This document shows, one piece after another, positions 9,653 through 19,559 of a stretch of DNA of 64,000 nt. The notes beneath the pieces are model-generated. The model worked only from the letters and a program-made list of their open reading frames with translations, ran no database searches and was not told where the DNA came from. A program made the translations under genes and the position numbers. Each line of letters begins with the position of its first letter. Position 1 is the stretch's first letter. Origin of the DNA: Candidatus Methylacidiphilales bacterium (GTDB taxonomy: Bacteria > Pseudomonadota > Gammaproteobacteria > JASGCS01); NCBI GenBank assembly GCA_030054035.1, contig JASGCS010000001.1:149515-213514 (forward strand), given 5' to 3'.

Positions 9653-10263
9653 TTGAGTATATGAATCTTTTCAATGACTTCGTCAATAGGGCTATTATTA
9701 AATTTTTGGATGATTTTAGTTTTATAGAAGTACGCCACTTTAGGTAGTATTGAAAGCGATTGTGCGATTAACTTATTATTTCCAGAACATTTTATATACG
9801 CTTTAATATAATCAATTTCTCTTTTTGTTAGGTAGCATGGTGTTTGTGTTTTTAATTTCTGTTTAAATAATTCACGATAACTAGAATAACTAATAAAATC
9901 ATTTATTGCAGGAATACTTATTATAGTTGGTTTAGTATTAACTAGATAATAATTATATTTACCTAATAGTAACGATCCTTTTATCTTGAAGATAACCATT
10001 GTGTGGATATTTTTATACTCAATAAAATCGATTGCTTTTTTAATAGTATCTTGATCGAGTATATAATCTAAATCTATAATAATAATATCACAAGAGCAAA
10101 TCGTTTTATTAAAAATGTTTGAAGGTTTTTTAGAATTAACAACTAAACACTTTCCAAAAGAAGAATATATTTTAGATAATATTTTTATATCACTTACATT
10201 ATTAGCCAACACCCCTATGGTAATTGTGGGCTGAAGATAATATCCATTTAACTTACTCTGCAT
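9637..10263 (-). CDS. Diverged LuxR/NarL-like regulator at the usual uvrY/gacA position (start 10263 preferred, 10293 alternative)
   Basis: DIIIIDLD receiver-like motif; LTKREI...IAQSLSILPKVAYFYKTKIIQKF LuxR-type HTH. Confidence 0.65.
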   Translation of the reverse strand: MQSKLNGYYLQPTITIGVLANNVSDIKILSKIYSSFGKCLVVNSKKPSNIFNKTICSCDIIIIDLDYILDQDTIKKAIDFIEYKNIHTMVIFKIKGSLLLGKYNYYLVNTKPTIISIPAINDFISYSSYRELFKQKLKTQTPCYLTKREIDYIKAYIKCSGNNKLIAQSLSILPKVAYFYKTKIIQKFNNSPIDEVIEKIHILNCVLK

Positions 10264-11290
10264 AAATATCCCATAAAAGTAATGAATGTTCAAGTATCTT
10301 AGTTGGCGAAATAACTGACTGTTTTTCGTTAATAATTTTAATTAGCTCTAAAAGCCCATCTTGGATTGACCAAAGCCTGTCTACGGATTTATGTAAAACT
10401 AACAACGTATTAATTTCATCTCTATTGATTACTTCATTTATAGGTTGAGTGGGTATTTCGTTGAGACACATTAAAATATAAGTATTTATAAATAACTGCC
10501 AACGAAGTATTTGAAGACAGTAGTACTCATTTTGACTAAAATCCTTTAAGAATTGAAATAGTAATTTGATGTTAGCTGAAAGAAACAATTTTTTAAACTT
10601 GATAAAAATTGAAGTCAATTCAACTAATGATTGCTCGGATAATTCAGGATTATCTAAATCAAATAGAAAATTTGTTAATACTGAATTGCTTGCAACTCTA
10701 GAAATTATATATTCACTTCTCTCAAGATAAGTTGGGCCTCGAAGCCAAATTTGACGAACCCTGCTTTTAATTGTTTTAGAAACTTTTGTAATATCATGTG
10801 CAGTTAAAATAAATATAATATTATCCTTAGATTCTTCAATGCTTTTTAATAAAATGTCTGATTCTTTGCGTTTAAAAGTATCTATTTCAGATATAAATAC
10901 CACCACACCTAAAGTCGATGTTGGGGATTTTGAAAATTGCTGCACAGAATTTCTTAATTCCTCAACTGAGATTTTTTTACCTATTGATTGCTCTGATATT
11001 AGTGGATATGATAAATAATTTAAAACAATAAAATCTGGATGTGTTCCAGCAGACATCCATTTACACGCATCACATAATTGACATGGAGTTTGTTTATTTG
11101 CTTTATTCATACACAATAAATATTGACTTAGTCGTAAAACAAATAATCTCAGCCCACACTGATGATCTGATTTAATTAATAGTGGTTTAATGTGAGTTTT
11201 ATAACCAGCCTCCGTAATAACTTTCCCCATAAGTTCATTAAACCAAGGGTAGTAATGTTTATGAGGTAACGCAGTGTTCGTATTAATCAT
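10253..11290 (-). CDS. holB: DNA polymerase III delta' subunit (diverged)
   Basis: PCQLCDAC zinc module, THPDF, ISVEELR, ILLKSIEE, TIKSRV; follows tmk. Confidence 0.85.
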   Translation of the reverse strand: MINTNTALPHKHYYPWFNELMGKVITEAGYKTHIKPLLIKSDHQCGLRLFVLRLSQYLLCMNKANKQTPCQLCDACKWMSAGTHPDFIVLNYLSYPLISEQSIGKKISVEELRNSVQQFSKSPTSTLGVVVFISEIDTFKRKESDILLKSIEESKDNIIFILTAHDITKVSKTIKSRVRQIWLRGPTYLERSEYIISRVASNSVLTNFLFDLDNPELSEQSLVELTSIFIKFKKLFLSANIKLLFQFLKDFSQNEYYCLQILRWQLFINTYILMCLNEIPTQPINEVINRDEINTLLVLHKSVDRLWSIQDGLLELIKIINEKQSVISPTKILEHSLLLWDIYAE

Positions 11291-11304
11291 TTAAGTCAGC
11301 CCAA

Positions 11305-11928
11305 TTATACATTCAGATAAGAACATATTTTGGAAAAAGTTTCATCCTCATTGGTTGAAGCATCAATAAGAATTTTATTTTTATCTTGGCTATTTTGAAA
11401 TCGCTGAAGATACATATCTCTCATCTTGTCTAACAATAATCCATGGTTACTATGTAAATATATTTCATATCTATCTAGTAAAATACTTCTACTTGATATC
11501 CTTGTAAGTAATTTATCAATAGAAATATCTAAATAGATGGTAATGGGTATCAATTCTTTTGGCAGTATAACATTATGACACTGATCTAAAAATTGAGCAG
11601 AAAACCCCCCCTCTATTCCTTGGTAAACATAAGTGGAATCCACAAATCTGTCACAAAGTACCCAGTACCCTTCTTTAAGTCTTGGTAAAATTTCTGTAAT
11701 AACATGCCGGTTTCTCATAGCAAGTAATAAGAAAAGATTAGTTTTCCAATCAAACCGCTTTTCCTTTATTGCAACTCTCACAAAATCGCCAAGTTCAATT
11801 CCTCCTGGCTCTTGAGTTGAGTGAACTTTAAAGCCCGAGGTAAGGAGTCGGTTTTTTAATCTATTTAATTGGGTAGTTTTACCAACACCATCCAAACCTT
11901 CAAGTACTACAAATTTACCAATACCCAT
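11305..11928 (-). CDS. tmk: Thymidylate kinase
   Basis: FVVLEGLDGVGKTTQ, EPGG, VLCDRFVDSTYVYQG. Confidence 0.95.
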   Translation of the reverse strand: MGIGKFVVLEGLDGVGKTTQLNRLKNRLLTSGFKVHSTQEPGGIELGDFVRVAIKEKRFDWKTNLFLLLAMRNRHVITEILPRLKEGYWVLCDRFVDSTYVYQGIEGGFSAQFLDQCHNVILPKELIPITIYLDISIDKLLTRISSRSILLDRYEIYLHSNHGLLLDKMRDMYLQRFQNSQDKNKILIDASTNEDETFSKICSYLNV

Positions 11929-11960
11929 AGGTGAGCATTGGTAAATTTGATTGTATTATT

Positions 11961-12686
11961 TCAATCGTTATGACTTTTTTTAAATTTATCAATTGCGTTC
12001 AGGATATTGCTTTGGTTTGGTTCTACTAAATAATTAATTTTGATTTTTAGTTGATCAAACGATCTCACATTACCTTTCTTTAAAATATTTGTCTTGTGCG
12101 AACTTATTGTTTTCTCGCTTACTTTCAAACATTTCGCCATTTGAATATTCCGTAACTTGCAATATAGTAGTAAAAAAATATCGAGCTCTCTAGAAGAAAG
12201 TATTTCCATGAATGAAAATAACTTTGTATATTTAGGGTTATTTTTACAATCTTTTAGAAATTTTTTAACTTCGCTTGAGAAAAATTTTTTCTTTGTGGTC
12301 TTGCTACCCTTTTTGAGCATAACGGTCTGATAGCACTTTTTAATTTCACTCTTCGAAGTTGTTGGTGATATCACGGCATCCAAATACTTATTTCGCTCAG
12401 CATAAGAAAGAAATAAAGCATTAAAATTCGTTAAATATCCAATTATTGCAATATGTCCTGACATTTTTGAAATGGATCGTAATGTTTGAGAACTACCAAA
12501 CTCTGACATGTCAAGATTACAAAAAAGCGCGTCTGGAAAAGAAGCTCTGCAGTATTCACGAACTTCTGATAAAGAAGTAAAAACGCGACTTACGTGAATA
12601 AGCTCACCGTGTTCAGAAATTAATTCCTTAACTTGCTCCATACTGATTTTATTGGCATCTATTATTATTACTTTTACATTGTTCAT
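11961..12686 (-). CDS. NarL/LuxR-family regulator with atypical (pseudo-)receiver domain
   Basis: VKVIIID..FPDALFCNLDM; LSSRELDIF..AKCLKVSEKTISSHKTNILKK; strong SD AGGAGG upstream. Confidence 0.8.
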   Translation of the reverse strand: MNNVKVIIIDANKISMEQVKELISEHGELIHVSRVFTSLSEVREYCRASFPDALFCNLDMSEFGSSQTLRSISKMSGHIAIIGYLTNFNALFLSYAERNKYLDAVISPTTSKSEIKKCYQTVMLKKGSKTTKKKFFSSEVKKFLKDCKNNPKYTKLFSFMEILSSRELDIFLLLYCKLRNIQMAKCLKVSEKTISSHKTNILKKGNVRSFDQLKIKINYLVEPNQSNILNAIDKFKKSHND

Positions 12687-12821
12687 GTTACTACCTCCTA
12701 ATATTTTGTTTAAAATAATATATCATAATTTTATATAAAAAATCATGCTTTTATTAATAATTTTAAAAATCAGAATTTTATAAAATAGGCAAATATAAGG
12801 GTAAAAAACCAAAAAAAGGCG

Positions 12822-13205
12822 CTACATAGTCCGAGTTAGTCTCTCAGAAACCAAAGAACCACCCAAAATTATCTCAATTCTTTTTTGTGTCGATCCATTA
12901 TCCTTTTCACTAAATTGTACTCCAATTCCTGGTTTCGCTTTAATTGAAGTAGAGCCACTAGGTGTCACCCATATAATTTTACCTGCGACTGGTATTTTTT
13001 CAGGTGAATCATTTAATTGGAGTAGCAGAAAAATATCTTGACCTAATTTATAATCCTTAGTTGTGGGTATAAAAATTCCTCCATTTATAACATAAGGCAT
13101 GTAAGAACTATATAACGCACTTTTGTCTACTATGGTTAAGGATAGTAAGCCTCCAGACCTAAGAGCTTGTGGTTTTTGATCTTTAGGTGATATATTTTCA
13201 GTCAT
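12822..13205 (-). CDS. pilZ: Type IV pilus-associated stand-alone PilZ protein
   Basis: LSLTIVDKSALYSSYMPYVINGGIFIPT, GKIIWVTP, PGIGVQF. Confidence 0.9.
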   Translation of the reverse strand: MTENISPKDQKPQALRSGGLLSLTIVDKSALYSSYMPYVINGGIFIPTTKDYKLGQDIFLLLQLNDSPEKIPVAGKIIWVTPSGSTSIKAKPGIGVQFSEKDNGSTQKRIEIILGGSLVSERLTRTM

Positions 13206-13227
13206 TTTGGTATTTTAACACTATTTT

Positions 13228-14331
13228 CTAATTTTTTAAATATTGAATTACATATTTTTTATGTTGCTCATAAGTAGTACTAAAATTATGCGATTTGCCT
13301 TCAGTACTTTTTGCAACAAAAAATAAATAATCCACTTTTGCGGGATTTAGAACAGCAATAATAGAAGATGTTTGAATTGTTGAAATTGGATTTGGTGGCA
13401 ATCCACGTATAACATAGGTATTATATGGTGTGTACGTTTTTAGATGCTGTTTAGTGATGTTTCCATTGTAGGCATCTCCCAAACCATAAATTACTGTAGG
13501 GTCAGCTTGAAGTTTCATAAATTTTTTAAGTCGATTCAAATAAACTGCTGCAACTAATGGTCGTTCAAATTCAACACTTGTTTCTTTTTCAACTATTGAC
13601 GACAAAGTCAGTAAGTCGTTTACTGATTTAATCTGATTAGGTAATTTATGTGAAGCAAGAATTTTCTTGAGCGTTAGATCGAATATTTCATAACTTTTGA
13701 CAATAAGATTATTTGGATCAGATTGATATTCCACACAGTATGTATCAACAAAAAGTCTGCCTTCAAGATCATATATGTTTTTTAATTCAGGCATCTTATT
13801 ACGAATAGTTTCAAAAGTAATTGTTGTATTAAAAATACCTGAAGTATTCATGGATTTCATGATATCAAATAATGTAACTCCTGGAAGTATTGTTATTTTT
13901 ACCTTTGCAGTTCTTCCCGAAGCAATTGAATTGAATAAATCGTACAAAGTAGTAGAATTATTAACAGAATAAATACCGTATTTTGGATGCGAATTAAAAA
14001 ACAATAAATCCCATAAAAAAACACCAATATATCGTCGAGCTAGTATATCTTGTGCGAAATTTAGATTTGTGTTTTCTCTAACCATCTCAACAATTTTTAT
14101 TTTTGTGCTTCTTTTTTTAATTAGTATATAATCATTAGCGTTAGACTTTTCACAGAAATTAATAGCGGCATAATTAATTTGTGATTTAAATTTTAACGGG
14201 ACGAATAAAAAAGTGTAAATTAAATAGAGCATTGCTAATAGAAGAAATATACTACTGGCTGATATAAAAATAAATAATCTTTTGTATCTACGATACATAT
14301 AGATTATTAAGTTGAGTTGCGCATAATTCAA
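13228..14331 (-). CDS. mltG: Endolytic transglycosylase MltG (YceG)
   Basis: N-terminal TM; SIVEKET, VYLNRL..MKLQADPTVIYG, YNTY..GLPPNPI, LFFVA. Confidence 0.92.
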   Translation of the reverse strand: MNYAQLNLIIYMYRRYKRLFIFISASSIFLLLAMLYLIYTFLFVPLKFKSQINYAAINFCEKSNANDYILIKKRSTKIKIVEMVRENTNLNFAQDILARRYIGVFLWDLLFFNSHPKYGIYSVNNSTTLYDLFNSIASGRTAKVKITILPGVTLFDIMKSMNTSGIFNTTITFETIRNKMPELKNIYDLEGRLFVDTYCVEYQSDPNNLIVKSYEIFDLTLKKILASHKLPNQIKSVNDLLTLSSIVEKETSVEFERPLVAAVYLNRLKKFMKLQADPTVIYGLGDAYNGNITKQHLKTYTPYNTYVIRGLPPNPISTIQTSSIIAVLNPAKVDYLFFVAKSTEGKSHNFSTTYEQHKKYVIQYLKN

Positions 14332-15121
14332 TTAATGGATGGTTTGTCGAATAATGGCACATACCAAATGTTGACACTGGAATAACACCGTTTACAGCAT
14401 TAGCTAAAAATACAGCTTGGGCTTTATATAGACAAGAGTAATGTGTGTAAACATATTGTAGATCCATTGAATTATTAGTTAATATTTTATCTATTGCCAT
14501 TTTAGAAACACTCAACAAACTCCCAGAGATTAGACTTGAAGTGTAAACGTTGTTGTCGATAATCCAATATATACCATAATTTTCACAATCAATTATATAT
14601 TCTTTACTGTCTAATAAAAGTGATTGAAATGAATTAACATTTATTTTTGATAGTGTAGCTAAATTATATAATTGTCTATTTCCAGTTTTATAGTTAAGAT
14701 AGATATTATTTTGAGGAAAAACAAAAGCTGTCAAATCAATATCGCACATCTTATTTTGAATCTTTAGAGTTTTTTTTATGCTTAGATTGAAATTTATTGA
14801 TGAAAGCCCGCTTTGCTCACTAGAGACATTACATTTATTTCTTGAAATAGTTAAACGCCCAATTGCAGTTTCAATCTTCTCTTTTCTGATTTCAAAATTT
14901 ATATATTCTTGTATTGCAACAATTGAATCTGTCGGCAATTTAAGGTGAGGCATTGATATTAATAGTCTTTTGATATGGAGATTAATTAAAGGGATTTGAT
15001 TGTTTATAATTCTCATAGTTTCAATCAAATAATCTGAATAATGATACATTGGCTTTGCTACTACACTATTGAAAAAATAGTTTTGTACATAGGTTTCGCT
15101 TTTTGCCATATTTCTTCCCAC
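14288..15121 (-). CDS. pabC: Class IV aminotransferase, probable aminodeoxychorismate lyase (very diverged)
   Basis: IETAIGRL, AQAVFLANAVNGVIPVS; position between fabF/pabB and mltG. Confidence 0.6.
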   Translation of the reverse strand: MGRNMAKSETYVQNYFFNSVVAKPMYHYSDYLIETMRIINNQIPLINLHIKRLLISMPHLKLPTDSIVAIQEYINFEIRKEKIETAIGRLTISRNKCNVSSEQSGLSSINFNLSIKKTLKIQNKMCDIDLTAFVFPQNNIYLNYKTGNRQLYNLATLSKINVNSFQSLLLDSKEYIIDCENYGIYWIIDNNVYTSSLISGSLLSVSKMAIDKILTNNSMDLQYVYTHYSCLYKAQAVFLANAVNGVIPVSTFGMCHYSTNHPLIELCATQLNNLYVS

Positions 15122-16287
15122 TCACTAGATACATTAGAATCATAAACAATCCCTGATCCAACATGAAAAATAAAATCATTTTCCACCATTTGAATGGAGC
15201 GAATTAAAATATTAAATTTAGCATTTCGTTTGTAATTATAAAATCCAATAGTTCCAGTATAGAAGTTTCTAATATCAACTTCCAGTGACTTAATATACTT
15301 AAGAGAAGCGTATTTCGGACAGCCACTAATAGAACCACCTGGAAAAATTGCAGGAAAAACAGAAGAAAATAAAAATTCAGAAAGCTGCGCTTGTATATAG
15401 GAAACTAAATGTGATACACTGGAGGTTTTTTCTATAGTCGCAAAAGATTTTACTTTAACTTTGCTTGCGAATTTAATCTTTGCCAAATCATTACGTTCTA
15501 AATCAACAAGCATTAAATGTTCACTGATTTCTTTTGAGCTATCTTTGAACTTTAAAATATCCGCATAAACACCTGGTGCATAAGTTCCTGCAATTGGAGC
15601 GGTGGTAATTTTATTATTTTCCCATGAAAATAACAATTCAGGGGAAGATGAAACTAATTTTAATTCTGGTAAATTACAATATGTCGAATAAAATGAGGGA
15701 TTATGCTTAATTGAACTTAAGAATACTGATAACAGATGAATCGGGGATGAGGAATGTATTGAAACTTTTATACCAGTATTTACTTGATACACTTCGCCAG
15801 AGTATATTGAGTCCTTAATTTGTGAAAAAATATTTTTGTAAATATTTTTTGGAGTATGGTAGTTATAGGAAAGTGATAGTGGCGATCCGTTTAAGTTTAA
15901 TGAACTAGAAATAAGCGGGGTAAAATAATCATACTTATCCATTGAAGTATACTCATACACAAAACCGTAAATGAAATCTTTTCTAGGATTTTCAATTTTA
16001 TAAATTTGATAGCTTGCTTCAAAACTTAGATAAACAACAATTCCACCTTCAGGATTCACAATAGATTGTTTTTGGGAATATGTGTCAAGAGTCTCAAAAA
16101 AATTATTTGAGATCAAGTCTCCATTATCTGAATAAACCCCCTCACCTTTCCATAAAAAAATTCTTTTTAAATTTCTTGGTACATAATGAGCATTGTTAGA
16201 TTCATTGTTAAGAGATGAGTAAAAAACTAATCGTGTTTTCTCCACATCATCTATTGAAGAAAAAATTGGTTTTGGGCAAATTGTCAA
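15061..16287 (-). CDS. pabB: Chorismate-binding enzyme, ADC synthase/anthranilate synthase component I family
   Basis: GEVYQVN, SSSPELL, PIAGT, EHLMLVDLERNDL, FPGGSISGCPK, YTGTIG, NILIRS; adjacent to pabC. Confidence 0.75.
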   Translation of the reverse strand: MTICPKPIFSSIDDVEKTRLVFYSSLNNESNNAHYVPRNLKRIFLWKGEGVYSDNGDLISNNFFETLDTYSQKQSIVNPEGGIVVYLSFEASYQIYKIENPRKDFIYGFVYEYTSMDKYDYFTPLISSSLNLNGSPLSLSYNYHTPKNIYKNIFSQIKDSIYSGEVYQVNTGIKVSIHSSSPIHLLSVFLSSIKHNPSFYSTYCNLPELKLVSSSPELLFSWENNKITTAPIAGTYAPGVYADILKFKDSSKEISEHLMLVDLERNDLAKIKFASKVKVKSFATIEKTSSVSHLVSYIQAQLSEFLFSSVFPAIFPGGSISGCPKYASLKYIKSLEVDIRNFYTGTIGFYNYKRNAKFNILIRSIQMVENDFIFHVGSGIVYDSNVSSEWEEIWQKAKPMYKTIFSIV

Positions 16288-16297
16288 GAAATATTAA

Positions 16298-17533
16298 TTA
16301 AGTAAATTTTTTAAAAATAAGTGACCCATTCGTACCACCAAAACCAAAAGAATTTGACAGCGCGTAGGATATTTCAGAAGCTCTTGCTTTGTTTGGCACA
16401 CAGTCAATTTTACAATCTGGATCTTGGTTAAATACATTAATGGTTGGCGGTATTATATTATTTATGGTAGCTAATATGCAAAAAATCGCCTCAATACTTC
16501 CTGATGCGCCAAGTAAGTGGCCAGTCATAGACTTGGTAGAGCTAACTTGTATTGAGGAAGGAAAAATTGAACCAATAGCTTTTGATTCAATGACATCTCC
16601 AGCTGGCGTTGATGTTCCATGTGCGTTAATATAATTTATTTCTTCAGGCGTAATCTTTGCGTCTATAAGAGCGTTTTTCATACATCTAATTGGCCCTTCC
16701 CCATTTTCGGATGGTGAGGTAATATGATACGCATCAGAAGAAGTACCATATCCAACAAGTTCAGCTAGAATTTTTGCCCCTCGCCTTTGGGCAAATTCAA
16801 GAGACTCAATTACAATTACAGCAGCGCCATCACCCATCACGAACCCATCTCGGTCCACATCAAAAGGTCTGGAAGCTGTCAATGGATCATCATTTCTAGT
16901 AGAAAGCGCCCTCGCGTTACCGAAACCGACTATACCTAACTTTGTTGATGCGCATTCTGATCCCCCAACCACCATTGCATCTGCATCCCCACACTGTATT
17001 AATCTCATGGCATTTCCAATATTATGAGTTCCAGTCGTACACGCGCTAACAATAGAGAATGAAGGTCCTTTAAAGTTAAATCGGATTGATATATTACCTG
17101 AAATCATGTTAGTAATAGATCCAGGGATAAAAAATGGTGTGATTTTTCTATAAGATTTTGATTCTATCAACGAATGCGAGGCTTCAATAAAATTAATTCC
17201 TCCAATACCTGATCCTATAGAAACTCCTATTCTATGACAAGATATTTCGTCTGCAACTAATTGTGACTCATGTATCGCCTGAACAGCAGCGCAGATACCA
17301 TGAATAATAAACGGATCGTTTCTCCTTGCTTCTTTCGCATCAATAAATGAACTGATGTCATAATCTACTACGGGGCAACAAAATTTTGTTGCTATATCAG
17401 AAGCATCAAAATGGGTAATAGGCTTAGCGCCTGATTTTCCTGAAATTAAATTTTTCCAAGTTGTATCGTAATCTTGACCTAGTGGTGAAACACAACCAAG
17501 GCCTGTAACGACAACTCTAACTTTGTTAGACAA
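16298..17533 (-). CDS. fabF: 3-oxoacyl-ACP synthase II
   Basis: VVVTGLG, SACTTG, NAHGTST, GHLLGA, SNSFGFGG. Confidence 0.96.
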   Translation of the reverse strand: MSNKVRVVVTGLGCVSPLGQDYDTTWKNLISGKSGAKPITHFDASDIATKFCCPVVDYDISSFIDAKEARRNDPFIIHGICAAVQAIHESQLVADEISCHRIGVSIGSGIGGINFIEASHSLIESKSYRKITPFFIPGSITNMISGNISIRFNFKGPSFSIVSACTTGTHNIGNAMRLIQCGDADAMVVGGSECASTKLGIVGFGNARALSTRNDDPLTASRPFDVDRDGFVMGDGAAVIVIESLEFAQRRGAKILAELVGYGTSSDAYHITSPSENGEGPIRCMKNALIDAKITPEEINYINAHGTSTPAGDVIESKAIGSIFPSSIQVSSTKSMTGHLLGASGSIEAIFCILATINNIIPPTINVFNQDPDCKIDCVPNKARASEISYALSNSFGFGGTNGSLIFKKFT

Positions 17534-17559
17534 AGCAACCTAAACTAAAAACAGTTGAA

Positions 17560-17802
17560 TTAACTATTAGGTTTTGCTGATTTAATATACTCTAATAATT
17601 TTTGAAAAGAAGTTAATTTTTCAGCATCTTCTTCCGGTATAGTTATATCAAACTCTTCTTCAACAGCCATACTTAGCTCGACAAAACTAAGTGAATCAGC
17701 TCCTAAATCTGTTTCAAATGATGACTCAAGTTTTAACTCGTCCGGTTTGATTACCAATGTATCAATGACTACTTTTCTTAATCTTTCTTCAATAGAATCC
17801 AT
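17560..17802 (-). CDS. acpP: Acyl carrier protein
   Basis: DLGADSLSFVEL..EEEFDITIP; SD AAGGAG. Confidence 0.95.
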   Translation of the reverse strand: MDSIEERLRKVVIDTLVIKPDELKLESSFETDLGADSLSFVELSMAVEEEFDITIPEEDAEKLTSFQKLLEYIKSAKPNS

Positions 17803-17872
17803 AAATTTTTACGCTCCTTTACTAACGTTTATTTCTTAACATTATATACTAAAGTAATGGTTTATGTTAAAT

Positions 17873-18613
17873 CTACTGACAATATAAGCCACCATTACAC
17901 TGAATAGTTTCTCCAGTAATGTAACTAGCGTGATTTGATGCCAAAAATAAGGCAATCGATGCGATATCATCAGCTTTTCCCATTCTGCCCATTGGAACCA
18001 TAGATATAATTTTTTGTTTTTGCAATTCAGTTAGAGAATTAGTCATATCACTTTCAATAAATCCTGGTGAAATACAATTAACAGTAATATTTCTACTGGC
18101 AATCTCTAGTGCTAAAGATTTAGCAAAACCAATGATCCCTGCCTTAGATGCTGCATAATTAACTTGGCCTGGATTTCCAGACACACCAACAACGGAAGTG
18201 ATAATTATTATTCTACCTAATCTATTTCTAAGCATTGGCTTAAGAAATTTCTGAGTAATAGAGAATGCTGAATGCAGATTTGTTTGTAAAACCGTGCTCC
18301 ATTCATCCTGAGTCATTTTTATAAATAAATTATCGGCTGTAATTCCAGCATTTAATACCAAAACATCAGGTAATAAATTTTTATCATTTAATTTATCAAA
18401 AAGTTGATCGACCATTTCGCTTTTATTAACATTTAAGGTGTGCCCAAAGCCTAAAGATTGTGTTTGTTCTAGCAAATCTGATATCGAACGGGAGCCCTCG
18501 TCAGTTGTTGCTGTTCCAACACAAAAAAAGTTATTTTGAGCAAACTTCTCCATAATGGCTTTCCCAATCCCTCGAGAAGCTCCAGTTATTAAAGCAGTTT
18601 TAAGGTTAGTCAT
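17873..18613 (-). CDS. fabG: 3-oxoacyl-ACP reductase
   Basis: TGASRGIG, LNAGIT, YAASKAG, PGFIESDMT. Confidence 0.95.
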   Translation of the reverse strand: MTNLKTALITGASRGIGKAIMEKFAQNNFFCVGTATTDEGSRSISDLLEQTQSLGFGHTLNVNKSEMVDQLFDKLNDKNLLPDVLVLNAGITADNLFIKMTQDEWSTVLQTNLHSAFSITQKFLKPMLRNRLGRIIIITSVVGVSGNPGQVNYAASKAGIIGFAKSLALEIASRNITVNCISPGFIESDMTNSLTELQKQKIISMVPMGRMGKADDIASIALFLASNHASYITGETIQCNGGLYCQ

Positions 18614-19559
18614 GTAGTAACTCCATTTTAATTTTATCTAGCGACTCATCATTATCAGTATTAAATATTGCAGATGTGGTAAATAAAGTTTTTATCAAGG
18701 TAATAAGAATTTTTCCCGGACCAACCTCAATTATAATTTTTGGATTGAATTTCTTTTGTAAATATAGCATTGAATCATGCCAAAGCACAGGATGAGAAAT
18801 TTGCTCTGCGATTATAGTTGGCATTTGATCAGCAAGTGAATTTTCTGAAGCTGTTCTGTTATGTATTATTGGAAAAGTAGGGGTGTTAAATTTTATAGTG
18901 GAAAGTTTATGCAAGAATTTCTTAGATGCGTCATGTAATAATCTTGAATGTGAAGGTATACTAATATTTAAAGGTATAATTCTTTTAACAATATTATTGT
19001 CACGTAAATAACTCATACATTGTTCTATTGATGTTTTTCTTCCTGCCAGCACTATTTGCTGAGCTGAGTTAATATTAACAATTTCAACAACATTGCCATC
19101 ATTAGAATTAAATCTTTCCAAAGAAGTTACCAGAGCGGGTAGTTCAAATCCAATTAAAGCCACCATAGCCCCTTCTCCAATTGGTACTGCTTCTTGCATC
19201 AATTTTGCTCTAATTGAAACTAGCGATAGTGCGCTCTCAAAAGTAATGGTATTTGAGCAAGCAAGAGCTGACCATTCCCCTAAGCTATGGCCTGCCATAA
19301 CTAAAGAATGTTTACTTAGGTGTTGTTTAAGTAAAGAATAAATACCGTACTCTAAGGTGAATAAAATTGGTTGGGTATACTCAGTTTGGTTTAATAGTGT
19401 TGTGTCATTATTATTTATTATATTGTAGACATTGAATTGTAATATGTCACTTGCTTGATCCACTATTTCTTTGAATACTGGGTACTTTTCATAAAAAGCG
19501 TTCCCCATTCCAGAATATTGTGAGCCTTGACCTGGAAATAATAAGGCAACTGTGCTCAT
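18606..19559 (-). CDS. fabD: Malonyl-CoA:ACP transacylase (start reassigned to MSTVALLFPGQGSQ)
   Basis: FPGQGSQ, TQP, GHSLGEW, PSHS, EVGPG; ATGA overlap with the dapB stop. Confidence 0.95.
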   Translation of the reverse strand: MSTVALLFPGQGSQYSGMGNAFYEKYPVFKEIVDQASDILQFNVYNIINNNDTTLLNQTEYTQPILFTLEYGIYSLLKQHLSKHSLVMAGHSLGEWSALACSNTITFESALSLVSIRAKLMQEAVPIGEGAMVALIGFELPALVTSLERFNSNDGNVVEIVNINSAQQIVLAGRKTSIEQCMSYLRDNNIVKRIIPLNISIPSHSRLLHDASKKFLHKLSTIKFNTPTFPIIHNRTASENSLADQMPTIIAEQISHPVLWHDSMLYLQKKFNPKIIIEVGPGKILITLIKTLFTTSAIFNTDNDESLDKIKMELLHD

